DNA of 64,000 nucleotides. Origin: an uncultured virus (IMG/VR IMGVR_UViG_3300034105_004634). Lineage: Duplodnaviria > Heunggongvirae > Uroviricota > Caudoviricetes. Position 1 is the stretch's first letter, and each line of letters begins with the position of its first letter. The position numbers and the translations under genes are program-made. Below, piece by piece: positions 51,500 through 61,408 of this stretch. The notes under the pieces were generated by a model. That model saw only the letters and a list, made by a program, of their open reading frames with translations. It ran no database searches and was not told the origin of the DNA. Location: the IMG/VR virus record IMGVR_UViG_3300034105_004634. One strand, 5' to 3'.

Positions 51500-52266
51500 C
51501 TCAAAACCAATTTACCTCCTCGTAAATCATACAGGTTGTTTCTATTAATTAGCATCGCTTCTTTTAAATCATCAACATTAAAATTTACATCCCTATTATT
51601 TTCGATTCCCCCCTTGTCACTAACATTAAACATGTATTTATCCAGATAAACTGTAAGTGTTGGCGGGTTATAGTGATAATATTGATTAATGTAGCTTTCG
51701 TCATTTACACCTGGCTCGTATTGAATTTTTTTATCGTCCAATTGGTTTTGGTAAAGAATTCTGCAAACTTCCAGGATTTTATCCTTTCTACCTCCAAATA
51801 GACATCCATGGTAATACATTTGTGGTAATTGTGTGTCATAAGGAACATAAGCCTTAGACCTTGGATTTCTATCATATCCCTTTACTTCCTTCATCCAATC
51901 ATTATTACCAAAATGTTCTAGTCCGATTGTATCACCGATGAACCAATCCTCCGTGAAGTCTCTAGATATACTGGTATCAGCATCCACGTATATTAAATAA
52001 TCACTATCGGAATTTTCCAAAGATATCATATTAATAAATTTAGAATTTGTGCTATTCATCCACGTATCGTGTATTTGATGGGTATATTCAATATTTATGC
52101 CATCAGGAAGATATTCCATGGGATCAGTATCGGAAAAGAAATAAAAAGTGATTTCAGAATCCCCCCTATAATGATGGACAAACTTTTTTATGAAATTTAT
52201 GCCCAATACAAAATATGCATTAGTTGCTAATATAACGATACCTATTCTTTTTCTTTCCATAGACAT
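51496..52266 (-). CDS. GT6-family alpha-1,3-Gal/GalNAc transferase
   Basis: IG....AT..Y, YFFSD, DYL..DAD, YY.G..FGG and NDESY.N motifs. Confidence 0.8.
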   Translation of the reverse strand: MSMERKRIGIVILATNAYFVLGINFIKKFVHHYRGDSEITFYFFSDTDPMEYLPDGINIEYTHQIHDTWMNSTNSKFINMISLENSDSDYLIYVDADTSISRDFTEDWFIGDTIGLEHFGNNDWMKEVKGYDRNPRSKAYVPYDTQLPQMYYHGCLFGGRKDKILEVCRILYQNQLDDKKIQYEPGVNDESYINQYYHYNPPTLTVYLDKYMFNVSDKGGIENNRDVNFNVDDLKEAMLINRNNLYDLRGGKLVLR

Positions 52267-52557
52267 TTTACTCGTATAACAATAAAAATTCCGGCCAAAG
52301 CCGGAATTTTTATTAGAAATTATCAAATGATATTATGTTTATTAATTCGTGTGAATTTTCAGTCAGTTTTTGATTTGGTTGCATGACTGGTGAACTTTGA
52401 ACCCACTTTGCAAGATTCAATATCTTGGATGCTGATCTCTCGTGGTATGCTCTGTGTGGAAAAGTACCGCATGTTGGACACTCTTTCTCAGGATCGGCTA
52501 TCTGTTTATTACATCCACTACAGAGGTCCTGTTTTTTTCTTTCGTTTACACCTTCCA

Positions 52558-53826
52558 TTACATGAATCTAAGAGCTCTAGAAACTCTAATTAATTTTCTA
52601 GTTAAATCATCGATGTCTTCATGTCTAGTTGTAATAGAAACAAGTTCATCGAGATCAGGATTTTTCATTATTCTATCTCTAAGTTCTCCTGAACCATTTT
52701 TCATAAGATATTTAATTAGAAGTGCATTGGCGTTATCCATTATCGATTCATCCTTATCGTCTTCTGGACTGATGAATATGGTAGGCTCTAATCTTCCTGC
52801 TGCTTCGGTGAAATAATCGGAGAGTAGATTGTTAAGCTCTGTTGCTATTGATATGGTTTCTTCATCCCTGGATCTTATGACATAAGCACCTGGGTTTATT
52901 AGCTTTTCATTATCATATCTCCCCTTAGCTCTCTTAAATGTTCTAATGAAAATGGAGATGAAAACCGAACCAAAAATTTCTTCGTCCTGTATATTACACT
53001 TAACCGAATTATCACCAGTTCTGTAGTTGATACTATTAAGGGGAAGACGGTTAGAGTTATTTACCCTCCATATCTCCTGACCATCGTCAAATAAAAGACC
53101 CTTACCTTTACTAGAATCAACAAGATCCCTATATTTTATCTCCAGTATGCTAGCAATAGTTTTACCGTATATTTCACCAACTCTGAATGCTGCTCTTGAA
53201 TAGAATTTATATTTCGGGGAAATGATATCAACCTTTTTTATAATGGTCTCTCTGTTATCTATTCTTCTACCAACCATCCCCATTTCCTCCAGATTCTGTA
53301 TAATTGGTAAATTTTGAACCGTATTGGCATCAAGATTTGTTAATTCTTCACCGCCGATTACATTTTTCATTCTTGCAAGAATTTCAGTGAATGCTAATTG
53401 TGCACCAATTGGGACAAGTTCATTGAAATTAAGATTCGGTATATCCTTCTTCGGTATAATCGCAGCAGGAATATTATTTCTTATTATTCTTAGGAAAAAT
53501 GCTCTCAAGCAAGCTTGCGGTGTATCAAATTTAGAAAGATTGTATCTTTCAACACCAGCTTTACTAGAAGTATATTCGTAACAATATTTTCCATCATTAT
53601 CTTTAAAAAGTTCAACAGTTGCCATTGGTCCTCCTCTTCTTTTACAGACAATCACATTAGGAGTTCTCTCCTCCACGTAAACTCCTATAGCTCCTAGATC
53701 CCTACCCTCTTCCGTCTCCTCTAGCGATCTATAAAGCTCACTAGTTTTATCATTTAAGTTGTCCCATCTCTTCCTAGCTTCAAGAAGATAATTTTCAAAA
53801 CTAGTTATACGTTGAATTTTTTCCAT
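52558..53826 (-). CDS. hypothetical protein with leader motif
   Basis: MEKIQRITSFENYLLE; TATAAATA just upstream. Confidence 0.6.
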   Translation of the reverse strand: MEKIQRITSFENYLLEARKRWDNLNDKTSELYRSLEETEEGRDLGAIGVYVEERTPNVIVCKRRGGPMATVELFKDNDGKYCYEYTSSKAGVERYNLSKFDTPQACLRAFFLRIIRNNIPAAIIPKKDIPNLNFNELVPIGAQLAFTEILARMKNVIGGEELTNLDANTVQNLPIIQNLEEMGMVGRRIDNRETIIKKVDIISPKYKFYSRAAFRVGEIYGKTIASILEIKYRDLVDSSKGKGLLFDDGQEIWRVNNSNRLPLNSINYRTGDNSVKCNIQDEEIFGSVFISIFIRTFKRAKGRYDNEKLINPGAYVIRSRDEETISIATELNNLLSDYFTEAAGRLEPTIFISPEDDKDESIMDNANALLIKYLMKNGSGELRDRIMKNPDLDELVSITTRHEDIDDLTRKLIRVSRALRFM

Positions 53827-53894
53827 TTGGTATTTATATTTTATTAGGTCAGTAATTTTTGAATATTCACTCTTTATAAATGAAGAGTTATTCT

Positions 53895-55556
53895 CTATTT
53901 ATCTTTCATGTATTTTTTGTATCTAGCGAAACATTTGTCTTTGTATGCCAGAGCATCCTCCATGCTTCTAATTTGGGAATCCTTTATATGTGGAAATGCA
54001 CCATTCTTAATTTCGTCAAGTATATACTCCAGAGAAGCGAATCCCTCCACATTTTCCTTGTACATCGTTTCTATATCATCCTGTGTGTAATTTTCACCGA
54101 TGAGTTTATCAAATATGTTCCATGATGCATCGCTATAAATACCACCACCACTGGATGAGCCACTACCTTTGTATATCTTCATAAAATCATCTGGTCCTAA
54201 ACCTTTTAATTCAGAAATTATTTGGGTAACTAATGACGATATATCTTCCCATTGAGATTCATCCATACTTCCGCTAAGGAATCCTTTATTAAAAGTAAGC
54301 AGAGATAATATTATATCTAGTGGTCTTAATGATTGGCCCTCCTTGAAATATAATTCAAGAGCCAGTTTTATATCAGCTTCTCTTGGAAATTTTTCCTCGA
54401 ACGCTTTTATCCCATCTTCTGGAACACCGATTCTTTTAAGAACTTCAGTAGCGGGTTTACCTGTATAATTACTTCCATCTGGTGAATATATTCTTCCATT
54501 TGGTCTATCAGCGTCAGTATGAACTGTGCCATTTTTATTTATAGTTATACCAACTAGACTATTTTTTTCCGATGTTGGTATGTTATTATTGATAACATTT
54601 ATTTGAACTCTTCCTGAACTGTAACTCCAGAATGTAGAATCCGTCTTAATACACCATCCCGTTTCAGAACAAACTAACCTTTGTGCATCCGGGGTTCTTG
54701 CAGACATAATTAGAAATCCATTTTTAGAATAGATGATGCCGGCTTGAGGACCAAGATCCTTTATTTTTTTAATAACTGCATCCTCGGTTTCTCCCCATTT
54801 ATCAATAAAGCTTTCAGCATCTTTTATTATGCCATCCATTGCTTTCGAAGGATCTTTATATTCGGTATATGTAACGGTATCATCATACGATCCCATTCTA
54901 CCTTTGGGTTTTCCGAAATCGTTTAAAACGCCAAGATCCGGATAGAAGAAAGTGTCCCAAGCCTCTCTGCCTTCATCATTCTTAGGTAAAACTTTTAATT
55001 GGTATGATATTTCTTCAAGTTTTTCCAATTGTTTAGTTGTTGCTTTCTTATTAACATATTCCTTCATTCTGGGTGTTAACCTGTCTATGAAGTTTTTAAG
55101 CTTTCTTTTTCTTTCTATGTTCGATAAATCATCACGAAGCATTTCCCATCCAGGTCTACGATCATCATCCCCCTCGTCTTCATCCTCCGTTGGTTTTTTC
55201 TTATTCCTATCGACTTTAGCATATTCGATGATCGTCATGGGAAGAGAATTGAGATTATTTTTATTATCTTTTAACAATTCAATAATTTCTTCCAGCTGCT
55301 CAAGATTGGCTCTTTGCTCCAATGCAAATTTAAGGAACGCAAAAGTGTTACCTGGCATCTTATTATCATCCGCTAGTTTTTTAACTTCTAGAAATTTTGG
55401 ATTGTTCAGTATGTGTTTTTTTGTTTCCTCGTCTATATCCGATGGTTTAATGTTGTTTTTCTCAGCATAATTCTTAATAAGGTAGGACTTTGCGTCCTGT
55501 ACATTCTCCATTAGAGGTTCCACGTCGAAAAAGGTACGAAAACTTTGATTCTTCAT
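53895..55556 (-). CDS. large hypothetical protein, likely virion-internal
   Basis: 553 aa; leader MKNQSFRTFF..PLME; late motif upstream. Confidence 0.6.
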   Translation of the reverse strand: MKNQSFRTFFDVEPLMENVQDAKSYLIKNYAEKNNIKPSDIDEETKKHILNNPKFLEVKKLADDNKMPGNTFAFLKFALEQRANLEQLEEIIELLKDNKNNLNSLPMTIIEYAKVDRNKKKPTEDEDEGDDDRRPGWEMLRDDLSNIERKRKLKNFIDRLTPRMKEYVNKKATTKQLEKLEEISYQLKVLPKNDEGREAWDTFFYPDLGVLNDFGKPKGRMGSYDDTVTYTEYKDPSKAMDGIIKDAESFIDKWGETEDAVIKKIKDLGPQAGIIYSKNGFLIMSARTPDAQRLVCSETGWCIKTDSTFWSYSSGRVQINVINNNIPTSEKNSLVGITINKNGTVHTDADRPNGRIYSPDGSNYTGKPATEVLKRIGVPEDGIKAFEEKFPREADIKLALELYFKEGQSLRPLDIILSLLTFNKGFLSGSMDESQWEDISSLVTQIISELKGLGPDDFMKIYKGSGSSSGGGIYSDASWNIFDKLIGENYTQDDIETMYKENVEGFASLEYILDEIKNGAFPHIKDSQIRSMEDALAYKDKCFARYKKYMKDK

Positions 55557-55578
55557 AATAATTATAATATTAGATTTA

Positions 55579-55590
55579 GATATATATATC
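55579..55590. promoter_or_regulatory. palindromic bidirectional late-type motif GATATATATATC
   Basis: Perfect palindrome between divergent genes. Confidence 0.6.
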
Positions 55591-55613
55591 CATATATAAA
55601 AATAATAATAGCT

Positions 55614-55877
55614 ATGATTTATACAAAAATCGATGAGTTTTTATCAAACAGCCCACAGAAGGCTCCATCCAGGCCAGCTCCAACCACAAAACCAGGAACA
55701 GCCCCAGGTAAAACGCCACAAAGACCTAGTCCGATAAGAAGAGATAAACCAGCAGTTGATCCGCAACCAAAAGCAGCGGTTAACGACGTTCTTGCTAGAT
55801 TTATGTCAGAATTGAGAAAAAATAAAATTCCATTGGAATTTGATCTACCTAAATTAAAAATTAAATATAATGATTAG
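55614..55877 (+). CDS. Pro-rich protein with leader motif
   Basis: MIYTKIDEFL; PAPTTKPG low-complexity segment. Confidence 0.6.
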   Translation: MIYTKIDEFLSNSPQKAPSRPAPTTKPGTAPGKTPQRPSPIRRDKPAVDPQPKAAVNDVLARFMSELRKNKIPLEFDLPKLKIKYND

Positions 55878-57327
55878 AAAATTTGATGAATATGCAATGG
55901 ACGAAGCATCATTGCAAGGTAATCCTGGTATCCCTGGGGAAGGAGATACACCAGGTAATTATCTACGAGATGTTGAAGCAAGAGCACAACAGATAAATGC
56001 TGATTTTCAGAGGAGATTTGGTAGAGAAATACCGATGTTTATGCAATATGTTACTAAGGCAAGACAAATACAGAGAGGGCATGAAGATGCTCTAGAAAAC
56101 CTTGCTGTCGAAGTTATTATGGAGCATTATGGTGATATATTGGATGGCGTAAATCTTAAATTGAAAATACAGAGGGACACTGAGATTCAAAAGATGATGC
56201 AGAGCGTTCCACCTGAACCACCAGAGGAAGCAATGCTTAAAGCTCTTGAGGACGCTGATGTTATTTCGGAAATACACAAAAGAAAAATTGCTAACAATAT
56301 AGCACAAGGTATGGCTAAAAATACCAAATTGATTCTTAATCTGGAAGATTGCAAGGAAGGTCTGGAAAGAATACTTGGACAAGAAGATGGACAGGAATAT
56401 CTTCTTCTACTTAATAAAATTACAGAAATTGCGTCATTCTTTGATTGGGCTATACCATTGGAGGTACAAAAAGAAATGTGGACCAGAGATAAATCAGGAT
56501 TCTCAGGATCGGTCAAAGTTGAATGGGATACACCGGAGGAGCCGGAGGATACCGAAAAATTAGCTCAAAGTATAATTGATGATTTAATGAATACTGATGA
56601 ACCAGATGCTGAGGATCTTGAGGATCTGATGGATTCTATTGGACCGACCATTAATGCATTGGGTACTGAGTTTGTTATGCTACTCCACGAAACAGTAAAA
56701 GGTATCTATGAATTGATATCAGCAGCAGCACTACCCACTGAAGATGAAGAAAGAGGGGGAACCATTATAGCAAACACAGACACTTTAGCTGATGAATTGG
56801 AGGATCTTAGATTTGGTCCGGAAATGGCAGCAGATTTAAGAGATTTTATCAATGAATTTAAAGAAGTTGATAGGATTAAAAATCTACAAGAATATGTTTG
56901 GGGAGAGATGATGCGTATGGATGCTAGAGAATTTCTTGAATTGTTTAGCGGTATATTATCAGGTACAAAGGAAGCGAAAGAAGATGTGCAGGAAATAATA
57001 GATAATATAGTTCAAACTCTAAATGATTATGAAATGGAGATCGCTGGTCTTAAGGGTGATTCCGATTATGATGACGAAGATGGCGAATATGGCGAATATG
57101 CTAATCCTGCAGAAGAACCAGAAGCTCCTACTAACGAAGAGCCTAATAGAGATTATGCAAATATGTCACAGAAGGAACTTCATGCATTGGTGGACCAATA
57201 TCTAGATGCTGGTGATTACACAAATCCTGAACTTGGTAAAATATCAAAATATATTAACGAATCTAAACAAGATCATGTTGCTAATAAGATAAACGAGTGC
57301 AGAATGAATAATGCATATTTAAGATAA
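55870..57327 (+). CDS. acidic hypothetical protein with leader motif
   Basis: 485 aa; begins MIRKFDEYAMDE. Confidence 0.65.
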   Translation: MIRKFDEYAMDEASLQGNPGIPGEGDTPGNYLRDVEARAQQINADFQRRFGREIPMFMQYVTKARQIQRGHEDALENLAVEVIMEHYGDILDGVNLKLKIQRDTEIQKMMQSVPPEPPEEAMLKALEDADVISEIHKRKIANNIAQGMAKNTKLILNLEDCKEGLERILGQEDGQEYLLLLNKITEIASFFDWAIPLEVQKEMWTRDKSGFSGSVKVEWDTPEEPEDTEKLAQSIIDDLMNTDEPDAEDLEDLMDSIGPTINALGTEFVMLLHETVKGIYELISAAALPTEDEERGGTIIANTDTLADELEDLRFGPEMAADLRDFINEFKEVDRIKNLQEYVWGEMMRMDAREFLELFSGILSGTKEAKEDVQEIIDNIVQTLNDYEMEIAGLKGDSDYDDEDGEYGEYANPAEEPEAPTNEEPNRDYANMSQKELHALVDQYLDAGDYTNPELGKISKYINESKQDHVANKINECRMNNAYLR

Positions 57328-57348
57328 TTATTCAACCATATATAAATA

Positions 57349-57375
57349 AAAAAGGACTCATATGAGTCCTTTTTT
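57349..57375. terminator. bidirectional intrinsic terminator
   Basis: aaaaaggactcat/atgagtccttttt between convergent genes. Confidence 0.75.
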
Positions 57376-57563
57376 ATTTTGTATTCTCTCTATCAGATCT
57401 TTTATTCTTGCATTTGAATGCTCAAGATCCAATTTCTCATCTTCGGTAAGGGTTTCCTTAGCCTTCAATTCGATTATATGATCATCCAGATCATTTATCG
57501 CATTCCAGACATTCATTTCAAAAATGGCCATGTCCAGATCATTATCAGAAATGTCCTTTATCA

Positions 57564-58298
57564 TTATTTCACCTGCTCTTTTCTTTGATCCTCACTGAAA
57601 TCAAGGTTCATTTTAAGGCTCTGTAAATCATCAGCCGTTATGCTACTGTTTGTATTCATAGCAGCATATTCAATCTTAGAAGATCTATAAGTAGAAATGT
57701 TGCTAGAAAAGGAAGCAAATGCTCTAGCTGTACCAGTGTCTGTTGCACTGTATGTAAATGATTTATTACCAGAAATACCTATATTCCCACCTGCACTAAT
57801 AGCATCCTGATTCGCTCCTAGAAATAAGAAATACCATCCCTTTTCATCCTCCAAAGTTTTAATCATTTTCATGATTGCATCCCTTTTGAATTCCCTGCTT
57901 GCATTTTCATCGCCATCAGTTATAATAACAAAAACAACGTCTCTGTCTGTCTCCAGTTCATTCACAGTTTTACCAATCGCATCCAAAAGAGCAGTCATAC
58001 CTCTAGGTTTAAATGTCTCACCGTTAATCAGAGGATTAACATCTTTTACAGGAACGCTCTTATAATCGACCTCGTACCTGTCATCAAATTGGACAAGTGT
58101 AACAAATGCCTCACCTTCCGCATTTTTTTGTTCATCCAGAAATTTATTAAATCCATCGACTGTTGATGCAGATATCGACTGCATAGAACCAGATCTATCT
58201 AAAACTACAACAATCTCGGTTTCCTTTGCTTTTTGTGTTTGATCCTCTTTAACCTTTTTGTTCATATTTTTCATATTATTAAATTTAATTTTATTCAA
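57564..58298 (-). CDS. von Willebrand factor A domain protein
   Basis: MIDAS DRSGSM, TALLDA and ITDG.ENAS motifs. Confidence 0.85.
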   Translation of the reverse strand: MNKIKFNNMKNMNKKVKEDQTQKAKETEIVVVLDRSGSMQSISASTVDGFNKFLDEQKNAEGEAFVTLVQFDDRYEVDYKSVPVKDVNPLINGETFKPRGMTALLDAIGKTVNELETDRDVVFVIITDGDENASREFKRDAIMKMIKTLEDEKGWYFLFLGANQDAISAGGNIGISGNKSFTYSATDTGTARAFASFSSNISTYRSSKIEYAAMNTNSSITADDLQSLKMNLDFSEDQRKEQVK

Positions 58299-58555
58299 CT
58301 ATGCTAATAAAATCCCCCTCCTTCAATTCGGGATCTTGTATATCATCCACGTGGATCATGCCATTCATATAAAAAACAACCATCCTATCGCTATCAGGAT
58401 TTATGGGATTCACCATATCACCCTTTACTGAAACTACTACACCTGTGTTTTCCTCCAGCATCAGCGATAATGCACGTCCAAATATCAATGATGAATTTAG
58501 CCAATCACTGGGTTTGTCATTGTGATCCGGATCTTTTGGTTTTGTATAATTCATG

Positions 58556-59239
58556 CTAGTATTTTTTTCTCAATAATTCAATAACGTCCCACGCGTCATA
58601 TAAGGCATTATGTGTAACAATACCATCAATTTTTGCTCTCTCTTTACATTCACCAAGTGATGGCAGACTTGCATCATTTTTCCAATCAACATATAATATA
58701 GCAGGATCTAGTATCCTTTGCTTGATCCTAATAACCTGTTTCCATCTTGGTAACTTCTCCAAAAACTGTTTATCAAAAGTTGCAAAGTTTTTACCAGCAA
58801 CAGTTATATGAGTTGGCTTTATTCTCGAGGTTATTACAGGAACGGAATTTCCGTCTTTATCTTTTTTATATGCAGCTTCCATCATGTTTGCATTAAGATC
58901 AATATTAACCATACCGTTTACATAAAGGAAATGATAGAAAGCTTCAACCACATCATCTTTGTGGTAAAATCTCATACCTGATGATTCCTCAACATCCTTT
59001 CTTTCTTCGTCATTTTTACAGGTCTGATAGGAAACTATTGTTTCTATCAATTCTCTATTCAAATTTATTGCGAATAAGGATCCTGTTATTTCATCGTGTC
59101 TAATAGCGGCATGAAATTTTGGGCATTTTTCTAATGGCAGGGGATTTTCTGAATCCTCTATTATGGCTCCAATCGAGAGAACCTGATTCGATTCGTGGTC
59201 TAACCCGCTGGTTTCCACATCAATGCTGATAAATTTCAT
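58556..59239 (-). CDS. DEDDh 3'-5' exonuclease
   Basis: IDVETSG, N...FD and HNALYDA motifs; start corrected to 59239. Confidence 0.8.
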   Translation of the reverse strand: MKFISIDVETSGLDHESNQVLSIGAIIEDSENPLPLEKCPKFHAAIRHDEITGSLFAINLNRELIETIVSYQTCKNDEERKDVEESSGMRFYHKDDVVEAFYHFLYVNGMVNIDLNANMMEAAYKKDKDGNSVPVITSRIKPTHITVAGKNFATFDKQFLEKLPRWKQVIRIKQRILDPAILYVDWKNDASLPSLGECKERAKIDGIVTHNALYDAWDVIELLRKKY

Positions 59240-59354
59240 AATATGTTGTTTATCAATATTTAACGGCATAAGCGAAAAAAGTTTCGGATGATGTAATAAA
59301 AATTTCTTATAATATGGGGGGGACTGTTTGATATATACATAAAAAAGACAGATT

Positions 59355-60173
59355 ATGATTTTAAAAGTTGGATCAAGCGGAGACGATGTAAAAAAGCTCC
59401 AAACTAAATTAGGATTAACGTCCGATGGCTCATTCGGACCAGGAACGGAAAAAGCTGTTAAAGCATGGCAAGCTGCTAATGGTCTAACTGCTGATGGTAT
59501 AGTTGGCGACGGGACATGGAACAAAATGTTTAGTGCTGACAATACAACCTCAGCTGCTACTATCCCTACTAGTACATTCAAGCTGGAAGCTCTAAAGGGA
59601 CACATCCCTGCGGAAGTAATCGTGCAGATCCCAGACACTGCAAAAAAGTTTAATATTACAAACGCATTGAGATTAGCACACTTCCTAGCCCAGGCGGGAC
59701 ATGAATCGGGAGGTTTTAAAGCTGTTAATGAAAATCTAAACTATTCTGCAGACGGTCTTAAGAAAATTTTTCCGAAGTATTTCCCAGGAGCATTAAATGA
59801 ATCCTATGCAAGACAACCAGAAAAGATAGCAAATAGAGTTTATGCATCAAGAATGGGTAACGGTGATGAAAAATCGGGGGACGGATACCGCTATAAAGGT
59901 GCAGGTTTTATCCAGTTGACCGGAAAAAACAACTTTTCTGCTTTTGATAAGTTTGTAGAGGATGACATTATAGCAAATCCTAGCTTAGTTGCTACGAAAT
60001 ATCCTTTAGCCTCAGCAGCTTGGTTCTTTGATTCGAATAAGCTTTGGACTATTTGTGATAAAGGTGCAGATAGAGCAACAGTGGAATCTGTTACAAAAAG
60101 AGTTAACGGTGGTTTAATTGGAATAGAGGATAGATGGAAGCATTTCCAAGAGTATTATAAAATTCTGAAATAA
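59355..60173 (+). CDS. endolysin: peptidoglycan-binding domain plus GH19 glycoside hydrolase
   Basis: DG.FGP.T..AV..WQ..GL.ADG; FLAQ..HES, ENLNY, G.IQLTG and VNGG motifs. Confidence 0.9.
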   Translation: MILKVGSSGDDVKKLQTKLGLTSDGSFGPGTEKAVKAWQAANGLTADGIVGDGTWNKMFSADNTTSAATIPTSTFKLEALKGHIPAEVIVQIPDTAKKFNITNALRLAHFLAQAGHESGGFKAVNENLNYSADGLKKIFPKYFPGALNESYARQPEKIANRVYASRMGNGDEKSGDGYRYKGAGFIQLTGKNNFSAFDKFVEDDIIANPSLVATKYPLASAAWFFDSNKLWTICDKGADRATVESVTKRVNGGLIGIEDRWKHFQEYYKILK

Positions 60174-60181
60174 TAAAAAAT

Positions 60182-60468
60182 ATGGAAATGATATCAGAGC
60201 ACCTCTCACTTAAGGAGGTAACAAAATCAGATAACGCTAAAAGACTTGGTATAGATAATGCACCAACACCAGATCACCTAAAAAATTTAAAGTTAGTTGC
60301 AGAGAAGGTTTTTGAACCGATTAGATCGGCATTGCAATGTTTACAGGAAAGGACACTCAGATTATAGGATCGACATGGTCCAATATGTTTGGTATATTAC
60401 TAACAAATGCCTTCTCGATAGTTGGAACCATCATGGGTGTTAAATATGCTTCAGAAAAAAAGGACTAG
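60182..60468 (+). pseudogene. M15-peptidase N-terminal fragment joined out of frame to a membrane-protein C-terminal fragment
   Basis: SEHLSLKE...GIDN.P...NL.......EPIR ends before any catalytic motif; a second frame gives MFTGKDTQIIGSTWSNMFGILLTNAFSIVGTIMGVKYASEKKD*. Confidence 0.55.
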
Positions 60469-60509
60469 GTTTTTAAAAACATAGTCCTTTTTATAAATAA
60501 ATTTATTTA

Positions 60510-60839
60510 TTATTTATCCGATACCAGATTATCGGGCTTAAATAAATAGGGTACCAGTGAAAGTATAGTACCTACCCAAAATTCCCATTCAGTCAACGAC
60601 AGATTAAGGAAATTCGTTAAAAATCCACCAGCAAATGATAGTGATTGTCTAATAGCACCAGCTACCATATCTGATGTCGCTGTTTTTTCTCTGATACTCC
60701 AGTATAAAGAAACTAAACCAAGTAATACACCGCTCCCTGTCTCAATAGTTACAGAATCAGCAAGACCTTTCATAAGTAAAAAACCACCAACTATAGATAG
60801 CAAGTGACGAATTAAACTTGTAATTTGTTTTTTGTTCAT
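60510..60839 (-). CDS. holin-like membrane protein
   Basis: Four hydrophobic segments; internally duplicated IR..LS..GGFL. Confidence 0.55.
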   Translation of the reverse strand: MNKKQITSLIRHLLSIVGGFLLMKGLADSVTIETGSGVLLGLVSLYWSIREKTATSDMVAGAIRQSLSFAGGFLTNFLNLSLTEWEFWVGTILSLVPYLFKPDNLVSDK

Positions 60840-60932
60840 ATTTTTATATTTTTTTTATTTGATCCATTATATATGGATTTCTATATATATCCAACAATAA
60901 AAACACAGATGAATTGATATATAGAAGCAAAA

Positions 60933-61073
60933 ATGGCAAAAGTAAAAACCTCAACCGAAACTAGATTCGTTTCTAAATCTACAAAATCATGCGATCGTCA
61001 CTCAAAAAGCAACGAGTCGAAGAATAAGAATTCAAAGAATTACAAGAAGGCTTATAGAGGTCAAGGAAGATAA
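60933..61073 (+). CDS. 46-aa basic protein ending YRGQGR (not in ORF track)
   Basis: Translated by hand; GATATATA upstream and terminator downstream. Confidence 0.6.
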   Translation: MAKVKTSTETRFVSKSTKSCDRHSKSNESKNKNSKNYKKAYRGQGR

Positions 61074-61105
61074 AAAAAGCCGAGCAATATTGCTCGGCTT
61101 TTTTT
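61072..61105. terminator. bidirectional intrinsic terminator
   Basis: aaaaaagccgagcaat/attgctcggctttttt. Confidence 0.8.
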
Positions 61106-61123
61106 ATCTTTATACATGTGTAT

Positions 61124-61384
61124 TTATACAAAAGAATCTAATTTATTATTAAGTTCATTGGAATTAATTATTCCGGTTTCTCTAAATATGATTTCATCGC
61201 TATCCTCAAATACCGTACACGGAATATTTTTTATCGAATATTTAGCTGCTTTTTCAGGGTCTGAATCCACATCAATCACAATAAATTCCCAATCATCCCT
61301 TGATTCGGCAACGGTTTGCCACTGTTGTTCATAATTTTTACATGGCTGACACCATTTTGCTGTGAATCTAATCGCTTTTTTCAT
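61124..61384 (-). CDS. thioredoxin
   Basis: WCQPC active site and a later cis-Pro motif (IP). Confidence 0.85.
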   Translation of the reverse strand: MKKAIRFTAKWCQPCKNYEQQWQTVAESRDDWEFIVIDVDSDPEKAAKYSIKNIPCTVFEDSDEIIFRETGIINSNELNNKLDSFV

Positions 61385-61408
61385 TTTATATTTATTAATT
61401 TTCTTTTT

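Noticed and set aside
59240..59638. N-terminal extension of the exonuclease ORF
   Set aside because: It is antisense to the endolysin; the DEDD motif starts right after Met at 59239
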